Origin: Clostridiaceae bacterium
Lineage (GTDB): Bacteria; Bacillota; Clostridia; DUPQ01
Direction of reading: 5' to 3'
Length of the DNA: 64,000 nt
Assembly: GCA_012729955.1 (NCBI GenBank)
Contig: JAAYBX010000153.1
Span: 712-64,711, forward strand
Positions 20,121-29,676 of this stretch are shown piece after piece. Within the stretch, counting starts at the first letter, position 1. The number at the start of each line of letters is the position of its first letter. Made by a program: the position numbers and the translations under genes. The notes below the pieces were generated by a model. The model was not told where the DNA came from, ran no database searches, and saw only the letters and a program-made list of their open reading frames with translations.

Positions 20121-20122
20121 CC

Positions 20123-20136
20123 ATATCAGCTGATAT
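20123..20136. promoter_or_regulatory. Perfect 14-bp palindrome ATATCAGCTGATAT plus flanking CTGATATAG direct repeats, upstream of the XRE-ARH gene
   Basis: Seen directly. The repeat copies are at 20110-20118 and 20130-20138. About 100 nt upstream of ATG 20237. Confidence 0.45.
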
Positions 20137-20236
20137 AGTCATATAAGGTTTGCTACCTGCAGTTGCAAAAATATATACCAAAGTATGTTGAGCTATGGTT
20201 ATATATATTATATCATTTGCATATGGAGGTACTAAC

Positions 20237-21838
20237 ATGATTGGCGATAAAATATATGAATTAAGAAAAAAGCATAATCTCACTCAGGAAGCCTTTGCAG
20301 AATTAATAGCTGTCAGCAGGCAGGCTGTGCAGAAGTGGGAAAAGAACACATCATTTCCAGACAGTGACAAACTTATATCAATAAGCAGGATCTTTAATGT
20401 GTCTGTAGATTACATTCTGGGCATTGAAACGATGGATCCAAATCAGGAGTTCCGGGTAAAAAGGGAAATTCAACCCAGTTATCAGGCTTTACACTGGTGG
20501 GAAGTATATTCATCCCAGCTTGGTGTTGAGTATCAGCAGTGTATTGATGAAGGTAAGGATATAGCTAAACTGAAAAACCTTATTGAAAGCATACATGCTT
20601 TGGAAACATCAACCTACAAGGAACAGCTTGCTGATACATTACATACTATGATTCAAAATAGTCCCAATCAGCTGGATTATCAGTATAATGAACCTGATGA
20701 ACTGAATATGATTTACCCTTTGACTAAGCATGATTACGTATATCCTTTTACTAAACTTTCTTCGCATACTCTAAAAAGCAAAATAAAGGGAGCATGGATG
20801 GGACGCATATGCGGATGCCTTCTTGGAAAAACAGTAGAAGGTATACGTACAGAGGAACTTATCCCCCTTCTTAAGGAAACAGGCAATTACCCTATGCACA
20901 GATATATCCTCAAATCTGATATGAATGAGGAAATTTACTCGAAATATAAATTCAACTTAAGAAACAGATGCTATGCAGATGCAATTGATTATGCCCCTTC
21001 AGATGATGATACTAATTATACTGTACTCTCATCTGTCATACTGGACAAATATACAGACATGTTCACTTCATATGATGTAGCTAAGACATGGCTGGAAAAA
21101 CAACCCAAAAATGCTTACTGCACTGCAGAAAGAGTAGCTTTTCTGAACATCGTAAAAGGATTCTTACCTCCGGAAACTGCCGTTTATAAAAATCCTTTCA
21201 GGGAATGGATAGGTGCTCAGATAAGGGTTGACTATTATGGTTATATAAATCCTGGAGATCCTAAAAAAGCAGCATATATGGCATGGAAAGATGCGAGAGT
21301 TTCTCATGTTAAAAACGGAGTATATTCATCAATGCTAATAGCAGCAATAATAGCTGCAGCAGCTTGTTGCGATAACATGAAGGAAGCCATATATTATGGC
21401 CTTTACCAGATACCTCAGACCTCCAGACTATATAAAGCAGTTATGAAGATAATTAAACAGCATGAATCTGGAATGTCTGCAGAAAAATGTTTTGAAACAA
21501 TACATAATGAATATGATGAACATGTGGGACATCACTGGTGTCATGCTATTTCCAACACATGTGTTGTAATCGCTTCCCTTCTATATGGCAACAATGACTA
21601 TTCAAAATCCATATGCCTAGCTGTACAGACAGGATTTGATACTGACTGTAACGGTGCGACAGTAGGTTCGATTATTGGCATGCAAAAAGGAATAGAGCAT
21701 ATACCTGTTTATTGGACTGCTCCAATCAAAAACAAATTGGATACATCAATCTTCGGTATCGGTGTTGTTGATACGGATTATCTGACTGATAAGACATACC
21801 AGCATGTAATAAGCTTTTCCAATATATATAAAGTATAA
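20237..21838 (+). CDS. XRE-family HTH fused to an ADP-ribosylglycohydrolase (ARH/DraG-like) domain
   Basis: N-terminal 'IYELRKKHNLTQEAFAELIAVSRQAVQKWE' HTH_XRE. C-terminal 'SDDDTNYT' and 'GFDTDCNGATVGSIIG' resemble ARH metal-binding motifs. RBS TGGAGGT 6 nt before ATG 20237. Confidence 0.55.
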   Translation: MIGDKIYELRKKHNLTQEAFAELIAVSRQAVQKWEKNTSFPDSDKLISISRIFNVSVDYILGIETMDPNQEFRVKREIQPSYQALHWWEVYSSQLGVEYQQCIDEGKDIAKLKNLIESIHALETSTYKEQLADTLHTMIQNSPNQLDYQYNEPDELNMIYPLTKHDYVYPFTKLSSHTLKSKIKGAWMGRICGCLLGKTVEGIRTEELIPLLKETGNYPMHRYILKSDMNEEIYSKYKFNLRNRCYADAIDYAPSDDDTNYTVLSSVILDKYTDMFTSYDVAKTWLEKQPKNAYCTAERVAFLNIVKGFLPPETAVYKNPFREWIGAQIRVDYYGYINPGDPKKAAYMAWKDARVSHVKNGVYSSMLIAAIIAAAACCDNMKEAIYYGLYQIPQTSRLYKAVMKIIKQHESGMSAEKCFETIHNEYDEHVGHHWCHAISNTCVVIASLLYGNNDYSKSICLAVQTGFDTDCNGATVGSIIGMQKGIEHIPVYWTAPIKNKLDTSIFGIGVVDTDYLTDKTYQHVISFSNIYKV

Positions 21839-21873
21839 TCAAACAGAAAAAACTCCCATAGCTGAAAATATAA

Positions 21874-21910
21874 CAAATCAATGTAAAATTTACTATTGAT
21901 TTGTTGTTAT
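21874..21910 (+). terminator. AT-rich hairpin + T-rich tail after the XRE-ARH gene
   Basis: CAAATCAAT-12 nt loop-ATTGATTTG followed by ttgttgttatt. Confidence 0.25.
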
Positions 21911-22003
21911 TCATGATAAAATTATCTTGCAAGGTGATACGGCATATTATGTGGTAAAGATGCTGTAAACCTTAAGAGAGAAAGACAAAGGGGGTAGTAA
22001 AAA

Positions 22004-22639
22004 ATGTTTTGTCCAAAATGTGGTGCACGAAATGATGACAATGTGAGATTCTGTGTGAATTGCGGTTCAACACTTTCAGCAACTCAGCAACAAAATCAAT
22101 TCCAGCAGATGCCGCCATTACAGCAGCCAAACCAATTCCAGCAGCCAAATCAGTTCCAGCAAAGACCGCCTTTACAGCAAGCCCCATATGGCCAGCCAAT
22201 GTATATGCAGCCTAAAAAGAGCAAAGCTGGTGTTATAATCGCAATAATTGCTGTTCTTGTAATTCTTGGTGTAGTTGCCACAATATGGTTCAATGGAGGA
22301 TTCTCTTTTTCAAATGTTAAACAAGCATATATAGCGACAGCAGTAGATCCGACTACTTCTGAACCGCTCGACCAGGTCAAAAGAGTACCTAGCACTACAG
22401 CGACCGTATATGTTGCAGCTCTTATACGTAATGTGGACGAAGGAGCAAATGTTGTTGCTGTATGGTATCATCTAGATTCTGAAGAAACTGTTGTTTCCGA
22501 ACCGCTATATATCAACTATGACGCATGGGTTAATTTCAGTATCGACAGGATTGGAAGCAACTTCCCTACTGGAGATTTTGTAGTGGAGCTGTATGTTAAT
22601 GATTCATTGCAGAAAACACTGGAATTTACTATATACTAA
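22004..22639 (+). CDS. Zinc-ribbon membrane protein with Q/P-rich linker
   Basis: 'CPKCGARNDDNVRFCVNCG' zinc ribbon, then a (PNQFQQ)n repeat, then one TM helix 'GVIIAIIAVLVILGVVATIWF', then an extracytoplasmic domain. Confidence 0.55.
   Translation: MFCPKCGARNDDNVRFCVNCGSTLSATQQQNQFQQMPPLQQPNQFQQPNQFQQRPPLQQAPYGQPMYMQPKKSKAGVIIAIIAVLVILGVVATIWFNGGFSFSNVKQAYIATAVDPTTSEPLDQVKRVPSTTATVYVAALIRNVDEGANVVAVWYHLDSEETVVSEPLYINYDAWVNFSIDRIGSNFPTGDFVVELYVNDSLQKTLEFTIY
22080..22200 (+). repeat. Low-complexity tandem repeat encoding QQ(P/M)NQFQQ units inside the zinc-ribbon gene
   Basis: Repeated ccaaa(c/t)cag/aattccagcag units seen directly. Confidence 0.5.
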
Positions 22640-22666
22640 AGTAAAATAAATTAATTCACTTCGATA

Positions 22667-22697
22667 AAGCAGCATCATTTTTGCATGTTGCTTTTTC
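22667..22697 (+). terminator. Rho-independent terminator (bidirectional candidate) between the zinc-ribbon gene and the convergent AraC gene
   Basis: AAGCAGCAT-9 nt loop-ATGTTGCTT with one G-U pair, followed by TTTT. Overlaps the last codons of the AraC ORF. Confidence 0.5.
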
Positions 22698-23571
22698 TAT
22701 AATTCATTGGGGTCCCTATTCTTTCTTTTTTAAATACCTGATACATATAGTAATGTGAGGAAAATCCTGACTCAAGTGCTACCTGTTCAATAGGCATATC
22801 TGTCTTCTCGAGTAGTTTTTTCGCTTTTGCAATCCTGTATTTAGCAAGATAAACATGAAAAGTACACCCGAATTTTCTAATCATAATCCTGTTAACCTGC
22901 CTGGCTGTAAGAAAAAGAGTTTTTTCCACATCCTCAAGAAGGATATCTTTTTTGTAGTTTGCTTTAATGAAATTTATCAGCTTTGTTATCCGAAGGTCTT
23001 CAGTAGCCCTTTTACTTAAAGAGTAGTCATATCTTGTCTTTTCTTCGAAGGAAAAATACCTGAAAACAGTCACAAGTATGTCCAGGATAAGAAGCTGCAA
23101 TTTGATGTAGAAACCGGCATCTCTCGATCTGTCTTCCTCAAAAACACTTTCAAAAAGTGCAACAATATCCGGACTGTTAAATGCTTTCTGGTATGTTTTT
23201 GAAAGACAATCAATTAAAATCACAGACTCTTTTCTTGTAAGTGATATTTGCTCAGAAGCCTCATCAACTGAAATATCACACTCAAGGCAATACTCCCGCA
23301 TAGGGTCAGTTGGTATGGATTTCTGCATATGGTTAACATATGGGCCTGTGATATAGAAGTCATTTGGCTTAAGGTTTACTCCATAACCTTCTATTTCAAC
23401 TTTCCCCTGCCCGCTTGGAATTACATGCAGCTCAAAATCAGTATGCGAGTGATTGGCAACATGCCAGAATGGTTCAGCAGGCACATCTACTAAAGACACC
23501 ACTTTAATCCTCAAGCATCCCAGCATGATTTCCATATTAAGATCCTGTAAGGCTATGACTGGTTTTTTCAT
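22675..23571 (-). CDS. AraC-family transcriptional regulator (cupin sensor + C-terminal AraC HTH)
   Basis: C-terminal 'ARQVNRIMIRKFGCTFHVYLAKYRIAKAKKLL...VALESGFSSHYYMYQVFKKE'. Confidence 0.75.
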   Translation of the reverse strand: MKKPVIALQDLNMEIMLGCLRIKVVSLVDVPAEPFWHVANHSHTDFELHVIPSGQGKVEIEGYGVNLKPNDFYITGPYVNHMQKSIPTDPMREYCLECDISVDEASEQISLTRKESVILIDCLSKTYQKAFNSPDIVALFESVFEEDRSRDAGFYIKLQLLILDILVTVFRYFSFEEKTRYDYSLSKRATEDLRITKLINFIKANYKKDILLEDVEKTLFLTARQVNRIMIRKFGCTFHVYLAKYRIAKAKKLLEKTDMPIEQVALESGFSSHYYMYQVFKKERIGTPMNYRKSNMQK

Positions 23572-23690
23572 TTATATAATGTCACTTTTTCTTAATAATT
23601 TGTCTGATTTCATAATTGATGTATCAGTAAGCGCATTATACAATTAAAATAGATTTTTGTCTATTATAGTATCATTTTCGGAGGTTTATC

Positions 23691-26510
23691 ATGGAAAATT
23701 CAAAAAAACTTTTAAAAGGTCTTGTACAGGTTAAAGACCAGGGATATTGGGCTGATAGAATTATTTCTCAACTTGAGTATGCTAATGAATCTGAAAGATT
23801 ATACAATTTCGGATTCAATGAAATAATTGATAAAGCGATAGAATCAGTTTATACAGCAAACAAATCTGAAGGTGCGATTACTAAAAAAACCGTTCTGAAA
23901 ACAGAAAAGGATTTAATGCCTCTTTCAGAATATATGAAACGGTTCACTCTATTCTGTGTAGCTCATGCTCATATAGATATGAACTGGATGTGGAGATATG
24001 ATGAGACTGTGTCCATAACACTGGATACTTTCAGGACCATGCTGGACCTTATGGATGAATATCCCAAATTCACTTTCTCACAGTCACAGGCATCTGTATA
24101 CAGGATTGTTGAAGAGAACGATCCGGAAATGTTAAAACAGATAAAGAAAAAAGTGAAAGAAGGACGCTGGGAAGTTGCAGCATCAACATGGGTAGAAGCA
24201 GATAAGAATATGCCCTCTGGCGAGAGTAAAGCAAAACATATACTTTATACGAAGAAATATCTCTCTAAGCTTCTGGATATACCATACAAATCCTTCGATT
24301 TGGATTATGAACCGGATACTTTCGGACACTCGCTAAATGATCCTGAGGTTTTAAATCAGGCAGGTATCAGATACTATTATCATGCAAGAGCACTTAACAA
24401 GATTGCTGCATACAGATGGCAGGCCCCTTCAGGTGCGGAAGTATTAGTCTACAATGACCCTACTCACTATAACGGTAAAATCACTACAGCTCCTGTTTTG
24501 CTTGTCCCCTCTTTCACATATGACACAAAACATGACACCATGATGTATGTTTATGGAGTGGGAGATCACGGCGGAGGACCATCAAGAAGGGATCTTGAAA
24601 GAATTTTAGATATGGATAAATGGCCAATCTGGCCGAATATTCGTTTTGGAACATACAGAGGGTTTTTCAAGACATTGGAGAAAACAAGGAATAATCTTCC
24701 TTTAGTAAAGGGTGAACTTAATTTCATCTTCACAGGATGTTATACAAGCCAGGCTAAGATTAAAAAAGGCAATAAGTATTCTGAGGCATTGCTTAATGAA
24801 GCAGAAGCATTATCTGCAGCAACAGCAATAAACGATATTAAAGGTTATCCTGCAAAGATATTTGAATCTGCATGGGAAAAACTCTTATTTAACCAGTTCC
24901 ATGACATACTGACCGGATCAGGCAAAGCAGATACCCGAGAATACGCAATGGGTGAGTATCAGAAAGTTTTCGCAACTGCTAATGTTCAAAGAAGTACAGC
25001 AATAAGAGAAATATCTAGGAACATAGACCTATCTGATTATATTATCTCGAAGGATGATGAACTTATGACGGTTTCTGAAGGAGCCGGAGTGGGTTATGGT
25101 ATACAGGATTTGAAAATAAGCCAGGTATGCAGAGGAAGAGGTCCGACAAGGGTATTCACTGTATTTAATCCTTCATTCTTTGCGAGAAAAGAAAATGTAA
25201 GGATAGATATATGGAACTGGGATTATGACATAAAAACTATGTATTTCACTGATGGAACTGGAAGAACACTTAACCATCAGATCGTAAGTGACAATATAAA
25301 CAGAGGCTGGGGCGGACAGTACTACTATACTGTGCTGGTGGAAATGGATATCCAGTCTTTAGGTTATTCAACATGCATTTTGAAATCTGATTCAGAAAAA
25401 GGTCTGATATACAGCTATGAACCTCATGACAGGATTATTGAATTTCCGTCATATATTCTGGAAAATGATAAGATAAAGGTCTGTTTTAATCCGACAACTG
25501 CTGCTATCACATCTTTTGTGGACAAATCCACAGATACTGAATATTTGGATAGCACAAAACCTTCAGGGATATTCAGATATATAGAGGAAAATACTTTGAA
25601 GAAAATGACCTCATGGATAGTCGGAAGATACATGAATATCCAGGACATAACGGAAAACGTAAGGATAACCGGCTATAAGCGAGGAGAAAACCTATTAAGG
25701 CAGTCTCTGACATACACTGCAAAGTTTAAAGACTCTGAACTGAATGTCACAGTATATCTTGATAAAGACTCATCTAATCTTGTGTATGATGTATCATGCG
25801 AATGGAAGCAGTTCGGTGAACATGATAAGTACATTCCCCAGCTGAATTTTCATATGCCATTTGCTTATAAATGTGATGAGTACAAATACGAAGTACCATT
25901 CGGAACGTGTATAAGAAAACCAGCTGATGATGACAGGCCGTCAACCGGTTTTGTACTTGCCATGAATAAGGATACAAGAAATAAATCTATGATGCTTTAT
26001 TCTGATAGCAAATATGGATACAGGACACAGGAAAACAGCTTGTCTCTTACACTTATACGAGGATCTTATGATCCTGATCCATACCCCGAGATAGGTATGC
26101 ATAAGTTCCAAATTGCTGTTGGTTTAACAGATAATCCGGATAACATGTCTCTAATAGAACAGGCATCCTGTATTATGCATCCGCTTATATCTATGTCTGT
26201 AAAGCCACAAAAAGGCACTCTTGCGACAAAAGGAAATTTCATGAAGGTACTGGAAAAAGGAACATGTGTAATCTCATCTGTCAAAATGTCAGATATTGAC
26301 ACCAAAATAGCCGTTATCAGACTATATGAAACTGAGAATAAAAAGTCAAAAACGACAATTTCATTTGGTCGGAAAATTAAGAGTGCTAAACATGTGCTTC
26401 TTGATGAAATTACTTATTATACCGATTCCGGGTTGCTTATTGAAAAAGACTGTATTACAATAACTGTAAATCCATATTGTATATCCACAGTATTGATAGA
26501 ATTTGAGTAA
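23691..26510 (+). CDS. GH38 alpha-mannosidase, cytoplasmic
   Basis: 'CVAHAHIDMNWMW' (HxHxDxxW) and 'FTFSQSQAS...GRWEVAASTWVEAD' are GH38 N-terminal hallmarks. 939 aa. Confidence 0.75.
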   Translation: MENSKKLLKGLVQVKDQGYWADRIISQLEYANESERLYNFGFNEIIDKAIESVYTANKSEGAITKKTVLKTEKDLMPLSEYMKRFTLFCVAHAHIDMNWMWRYDETVSITLDTFRTMLDLMDEYPKFTFSQSQASVYRIVEENDPEMLKQIKKKVKEGRWEVAASTWVEADKNMPSGESKAKHILYTKKYLSKLLDIPYKSFDLDYEPDTFGHSLNDPEVLNQAGIRYYYHARALNKIAAYRWQAPSGAEVLVYNDPTHYNGKITTAPVLLVPSFTYDTKHDTMMYVYGVGDHGGGPSRRDLERILDMDKWPIWPNIRFGTYRGFFKTLEKTRNNLPLVKGELNFIFTGCYTSQAKIKKGNKYSEALLNEAEALSAATAINDIKGYPAKIFESAWEKLLFNQFHDILTGSGKADTREYAMGEYQKVFATANVQRSTAIREISRNIDLSDYIISKDDELMTVSEGAGVGYGIQDLKISQVCRGRGPTRVFTVFNPSFFARKENVRIDIWNWDYDIKTMYFTDGTGRTLNHQIVSDNINRGWGGQYYYTVLVEMDIQSLGYSTCILKSDSEKGLIYSYEPHDRIIEFPSYILENDKIKVCFNPTTAAITSFVDKSTDTEYLDSTKPSGIFRYIEENTLKKMTSWIVGRYMNIQDITENVRITGYKRGENLLRQSLTYTAKFKDSELNVTVYLDKDSSNLVYDVSCEWKQFGEHDKYIPQLNFHMPFAYKCDEYKYEVPFGTCIRKPADDDRPSTGFVLAMNKDTRNKSMMLYSDSKYGYRTQENSLSLTLIRGSYDPDPYPEIGMHKFQIAVGLTDNPDNMSLIEQASCIMHPLISMSVKPQKGTLATKGNFMKVLEKGTCVISSVKMSDIDTKIAVIRLYETENKKSKTTISFGRKIKSAKHVLLDEITYYTDSGLLIEKDCITITVNPYCISTVLIEFE

Positions 26511-26546
26511 TTCAAAATGATAATTCTTACTTAATCCATAGATAAG

Positions 26547-26575
26547 ATGCGAAAGTCATGCTTTCGCATTTTATC
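26547..26575 (+). terminator. Strong rho-independent terminator after the GH38 gene
   Basis: ATGCGAAAG-tcatg-CTTTCGCAT followed by TTTATCATTT. Confidence 0.7.
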
Positions 26576-28010
26576 ATTTAAAAATAAATGTAAACTGAGT
26601 ACCAATACCTTCTCTGCTCTCTACATCAATATCTATGCTGTGTCTTTTTGCTATCTGCTTAGCTATTGCCAAACCAAGCCCTGTCCCTGCCCTATTTGTT
26701 TCATTATCTAATTTATAGAATCTTTCAAAGATATACGGCATATCCTGCTCTGATATCCCACAACCATAGTCCTTGATCATAACTGAGTTCTTCATACAGG
26801 AAACATCAATTATACTGCCTGATGCTGAAAACTTTACGGCATTGTCTAAAACAATCATGAACATCTGCCGTAATCTTGCATAATCACCAGTTGTTTCTAA
26901 GTTGAAATTATCAAATAACAGATTAATTTCAATATTTTTCGGTTTCGCAAGATGTTTTGAAGTATGTACAGCATCAGATATCACATCATTAATCAGCAGC
27001 TTTTGCATATTAATAGAAAAATCCACATTCTGAAGTCTGGATAATTCCAGAAGATCCTCTACTAGACGCTGCAACATAAGGCTGTCATTGAGTATCTGCT
27101 TTTGATACTGCTCAATCTGAACCGGATCAGTAACAACTTTATCAACTAATGCCTCAGCAGATCCTCTTATTACTGTAACTGGTGTTTTAAGCTCATGCGA
27201 AATATTAGTCATAAAATCCTGCTTCATCTTAGAAAGCCTTTCACTTTCCTTGCTTGCTGCATCCAGCTGCAGACTTAATTGGTCTATTGAGTACGCGAGC
27301 TGCCCAATCTCATCTTGCTGTTTTACACCAGTTTTTGCAGAATAATCTTTATTTGACAGGGAAACTGCTGCATTCTTCATTTTCTCAAGAGGCTTTGTAA
27401 ATGATAAAGACAGTATAATACCTAGTATAATGGAAAGAATAAGAGCGGATATCGTGCTTATGGTCATTATTGATATTCCTTTTTCTATACTTTCAGTCAT
27501 CCCGCTAATAGAGGAGTGTAGTAACAACGCGCCTTTTACTGTTGAGCCATCCATAATTGGCACACCGGCTGTAAGTGAAGGTTCATCTAAAAATCCTGAA
27601 AACTCCTCACTGAATGAAGATTCACCTTTAAAAGCATTCTGGACAAGAATCTCCGCATTAGAAGGAAGATCAGAATAAGTGATTTGACCTGTCATTCCCC
27701 TTCCTGTCATTAAAAAATTAAGATCCTCATCAACTATCCATATGTTCTTAGTAGATATATCGTTGAGAACCTGAATATATGTCCTTATTCCTCCCTGCCT
27801 GTTCCAGCCTCCTGTCTGTCCCATATATTCTGTAAGATTATCTGCCATGGCTTCAGCTTGTGTAAGCATGTCAGATTTGTAAAAATCTATTATGTGATTA
27901 CGGAATAGAGTTATGAAAAGTACACTTATTACAAGAAAAAAAAGCAGTAATGTGATAAAGAAGTAGGAAGCAAGCTTAACAGCCATTTTATTTTTCATTT
28001 TTTTCCTCAA
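26574..28010 (-). CDS. Sensor histidine kinase (2 TM, extracytoplasmic domain, HAMP, HisKA, HATPase_c)
   Basis: 'ISHELKTPVTVIRGSAEAL' H-box. 'GTGLGLAIAKQIAKRH' G2 box. Confidence 0.8.
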   Translation of the reverse strand: MRKKMKNKMAVKLASYFFITLLLFFLVISVLFITLFRNHIIDFYKSDMLTQAEAMADNLTEYMGQTGGWNRQGGIRTYIQVLNDISTKNIWIVDEDLNFLMTGRGMTGQITYSDLPSNAEILVQNAFKGESSFSEEFSGFLDEPSLTAGVPIMDGSTVKGALLLHSSISGMTESIEKGISIMTISTISALILSIILGIILSLSFTKPLEKMKNAAVSLSNKDYSAKTGVKQQDEIGQLAYSIDQLSLQLDAASKESERLSKMKQDFMTNISHELKTPVTVIRGSAEALVDKVVTDPVQIEQYQKQILNDSLMLQRLVEDLLELSRLQNVDFSINMQKLLINDVISDAVHTSKHLAKPKNIEINLLFDNFNLETTGDYARLRQMFMIVLDNAVKFSASGSIIDVSCMKNSVMIKDYGCGISEQDMPYIFERFYKLDNETNRAGTGLGLAIAKQIAKRHSIDIDVESREGIGTQFTFIFK

Positions 28011-28683
28011 ATTTATATCCTACTGCCCATATAGTTATAACATCCCATTTATCATGTGGATATTCATTAAGTTTTGCTCTTAACCTCTTTACATGAGTAT
28101 CAACTGTCCTTGTATCTCCATAGTAATCATAACCCCATAATATGTTAAGTAGATTATCTCTTGTGAATACCTTGCCGATGGAGGATGCCAATGTCCAAAG
28201 AAGCTCTAATTCTTTTTTTGTTAGCATGACCTTATTACTGTTTATGGTAACTATATAATCGTCTATATCAATAACAAGATTGTCAATCTGAAGAAGAGAT
28301 TTCTTCTGCTTTATAGTTTCCTTGGATAGCCTTCTTAAAACTGCTCTGACTCTTGCCATAACCTCCTGAGGGGAAAAAGGTTTAACAATATAGTCATCTG
28401 CACCTATGTCAAGCCCCATAATCCTTTCAAAATCCTCTCCCCTTGCAGTTATCATTATTACCGGAATATCAGAAGCCTTTCGAATTTCTCTTACAACTTC
28501 AAATCCATCCATTTTAGGCATCATGACATCCAGAAGAACGATGTCAAAGCTATTGCTTCTTATCTTTTCCATAGCTTGAAGGCCGTCATAAACAACAACG
28601 GTTTCATAACCTTCCTTTTTGGAGTATTCCTCCAAAATAGATGTAATCTGTCGGTTATCATCTGCAATAAGTATCTTGGTCAT
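27988..28683 (-). CDS. OmpR-family response regulator
   Basis: 'ILIADDNRQ...DIVLLDVMMPKMDGFEV' receiver domain. C-terminal winged helix 'TRTVDTHVKRLRAKL'. Confidence 0.8.
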   Translation of the reverse strand: MTKILIADDNRQITSILEEYSKKEGYETVVVYDGLQAMEKIRSNSFDIVLLDVMMPKMDGFEVVREIRKASDIPVIMITARGEDFERIMGLDIGADDYIVKPFSPQEVMARVRAVLRRLSKETIKQKKSLLQIDNLVIDIDDYIVTINSNKVMLTKKELELLWTLASSIGKVFTRDNLLNILWGYDYYGDTRTVDTHVKRLRAKLNEYPHDKWDVITIWAVGYKFEEKNEK

Positions 28684-28724
28684 TTGACACCTCGTATATT
28701 TATTATACCATTATACATTCCTCT

Positions 28725-28797
28725 TTTTGTGACGCTTTTGTGACATGATCTTTGGATATTTCATAAATAATGCAATAAAATGCCATACTTTTGTCAC
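28725..28797. promoter_or_regulatory. Three TTTTGT(G/C)AC boxes in the divergent intergenic region of the TCS and the secreted-protein gene
   Basis: Copies at 28725-28733, 28736-28744 and 28789-28797. The first two are 11 bp apart, as expected for OmpR/PhoB-type direct repeats. Confidence 0.4.
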
Positions 28798-28859
28798 ACA
28801 TGACCTATATTATATAGTTGCAGGCAGTGATGCCGGACAATATAAAAGGAGGTCACAAA

Positions 28860-29354
28860 ATGACTAAGATAAAAAGACTAATGATAATCGGACTGGTAAT
28901 ACTCTCACTTGGAGCTGTAGCAGTAGCCGGAGTCGCAGCAACTGAATACAAGACTCCTGCTGAAGCGTACTCTGCTTTAAGCGGTGTTACAACAGAAGAA
29001 GCTTTGACATTAAGAAAGTCAGCGGGAAAAACATTTGGGATGCTGGCTTTTGAAACAGGTAAATCAGATGAATTCAAATCCATTATCCTTGAGATGAAAA
29101 AAGACAAACTTAATGAAAAGGTCACCAGCGGAGAACTCACACAGGAAGAAGCTGATGCACTGCTTGCTTCATTTGAAACAAACATGGCAAACTGCGATGG
29201 TACAGGTATGCAGGGCAATAAAGCTGGAATCGGCCTTGGTTTTGGAACAAGATCCAGGCAGAATAATTCACAAGGAATGGGCGGCAATGGTACAATGGCC
29301 AGAGGCTCAGGACAGAGACAGAACCTTCGAAGCGGTTCTTGTATAGGAAATTAA
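28860..29354 (+). CDS. Secreted/membrane-anchored small protein, DUF2680(YckD)-like with Gly-rich tail
   Basis: N-terminal 'MTKIKRLMIIGLVILSLGAVAVAGVAA' signal/anchor. AAGGAGG 8 nt upstream of ATG 28860. 'LTQEEADALLASFE' motif. Confidence 0.5.
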   Translation: MTKIKRLMIIGLVILSLGAVAVAGVAATEYKTPAEAYSALSGVTTEEALTLRKSAGKTFGMLAFETGKSDEFKSIILEMKKDKLNEKVTSGELTQEEADALLASFETNMANCDGTGMQGNKAGIGLGFGTRSRQNNSQGMGGNGTMARGSGQRQNLRSGSCIGN

Positions 29355-29378
29355 CCTGTACTGAAAACAAGTCAAAAA

Positions 29379-29412
29379 AGAACTCACTGTTAAAAGATAG
29401 TGAGTTTCTTTT
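29379..29412 (+). terminator. Rho-independent terminator after the secreted-protein gene
   Basis: GAACTCACT-10 nt loop-AGTGAGTTTC followed by TTTTTAT. Confidence 0.6.
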
Positions 29413-29676
29413 TATGTTTAAGCAATTAATATGTGGCAAAACAGCAATTGTAATAGGTTTTATTAACAAAAACGCATATTTTTAATGCATTTTCATTATT
29501 CACTTTTATTTATTGTATGATATAATGCTTTTATTATCAGCTATGACGAAAAAGGAATGACTGCATAAGCGATGTGGTACTTGCAAAAATATTTAACGCT
29601 AACCGATGATTTACTGACAGTTCGCACATGACCTTTTCCAATTAGATTTATTAATATTGCTAAATGAGGATTTGAT

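Noticed and set aside
23595-23680. An inverted repeat AATAGA-ttttg-TCTATT between the araC and GH38 genes, as an AraC operator
   Set aside because: AraC-family proteins usually bind direct, not inverted, repeats, and the element is AT-only. Too weak to call.
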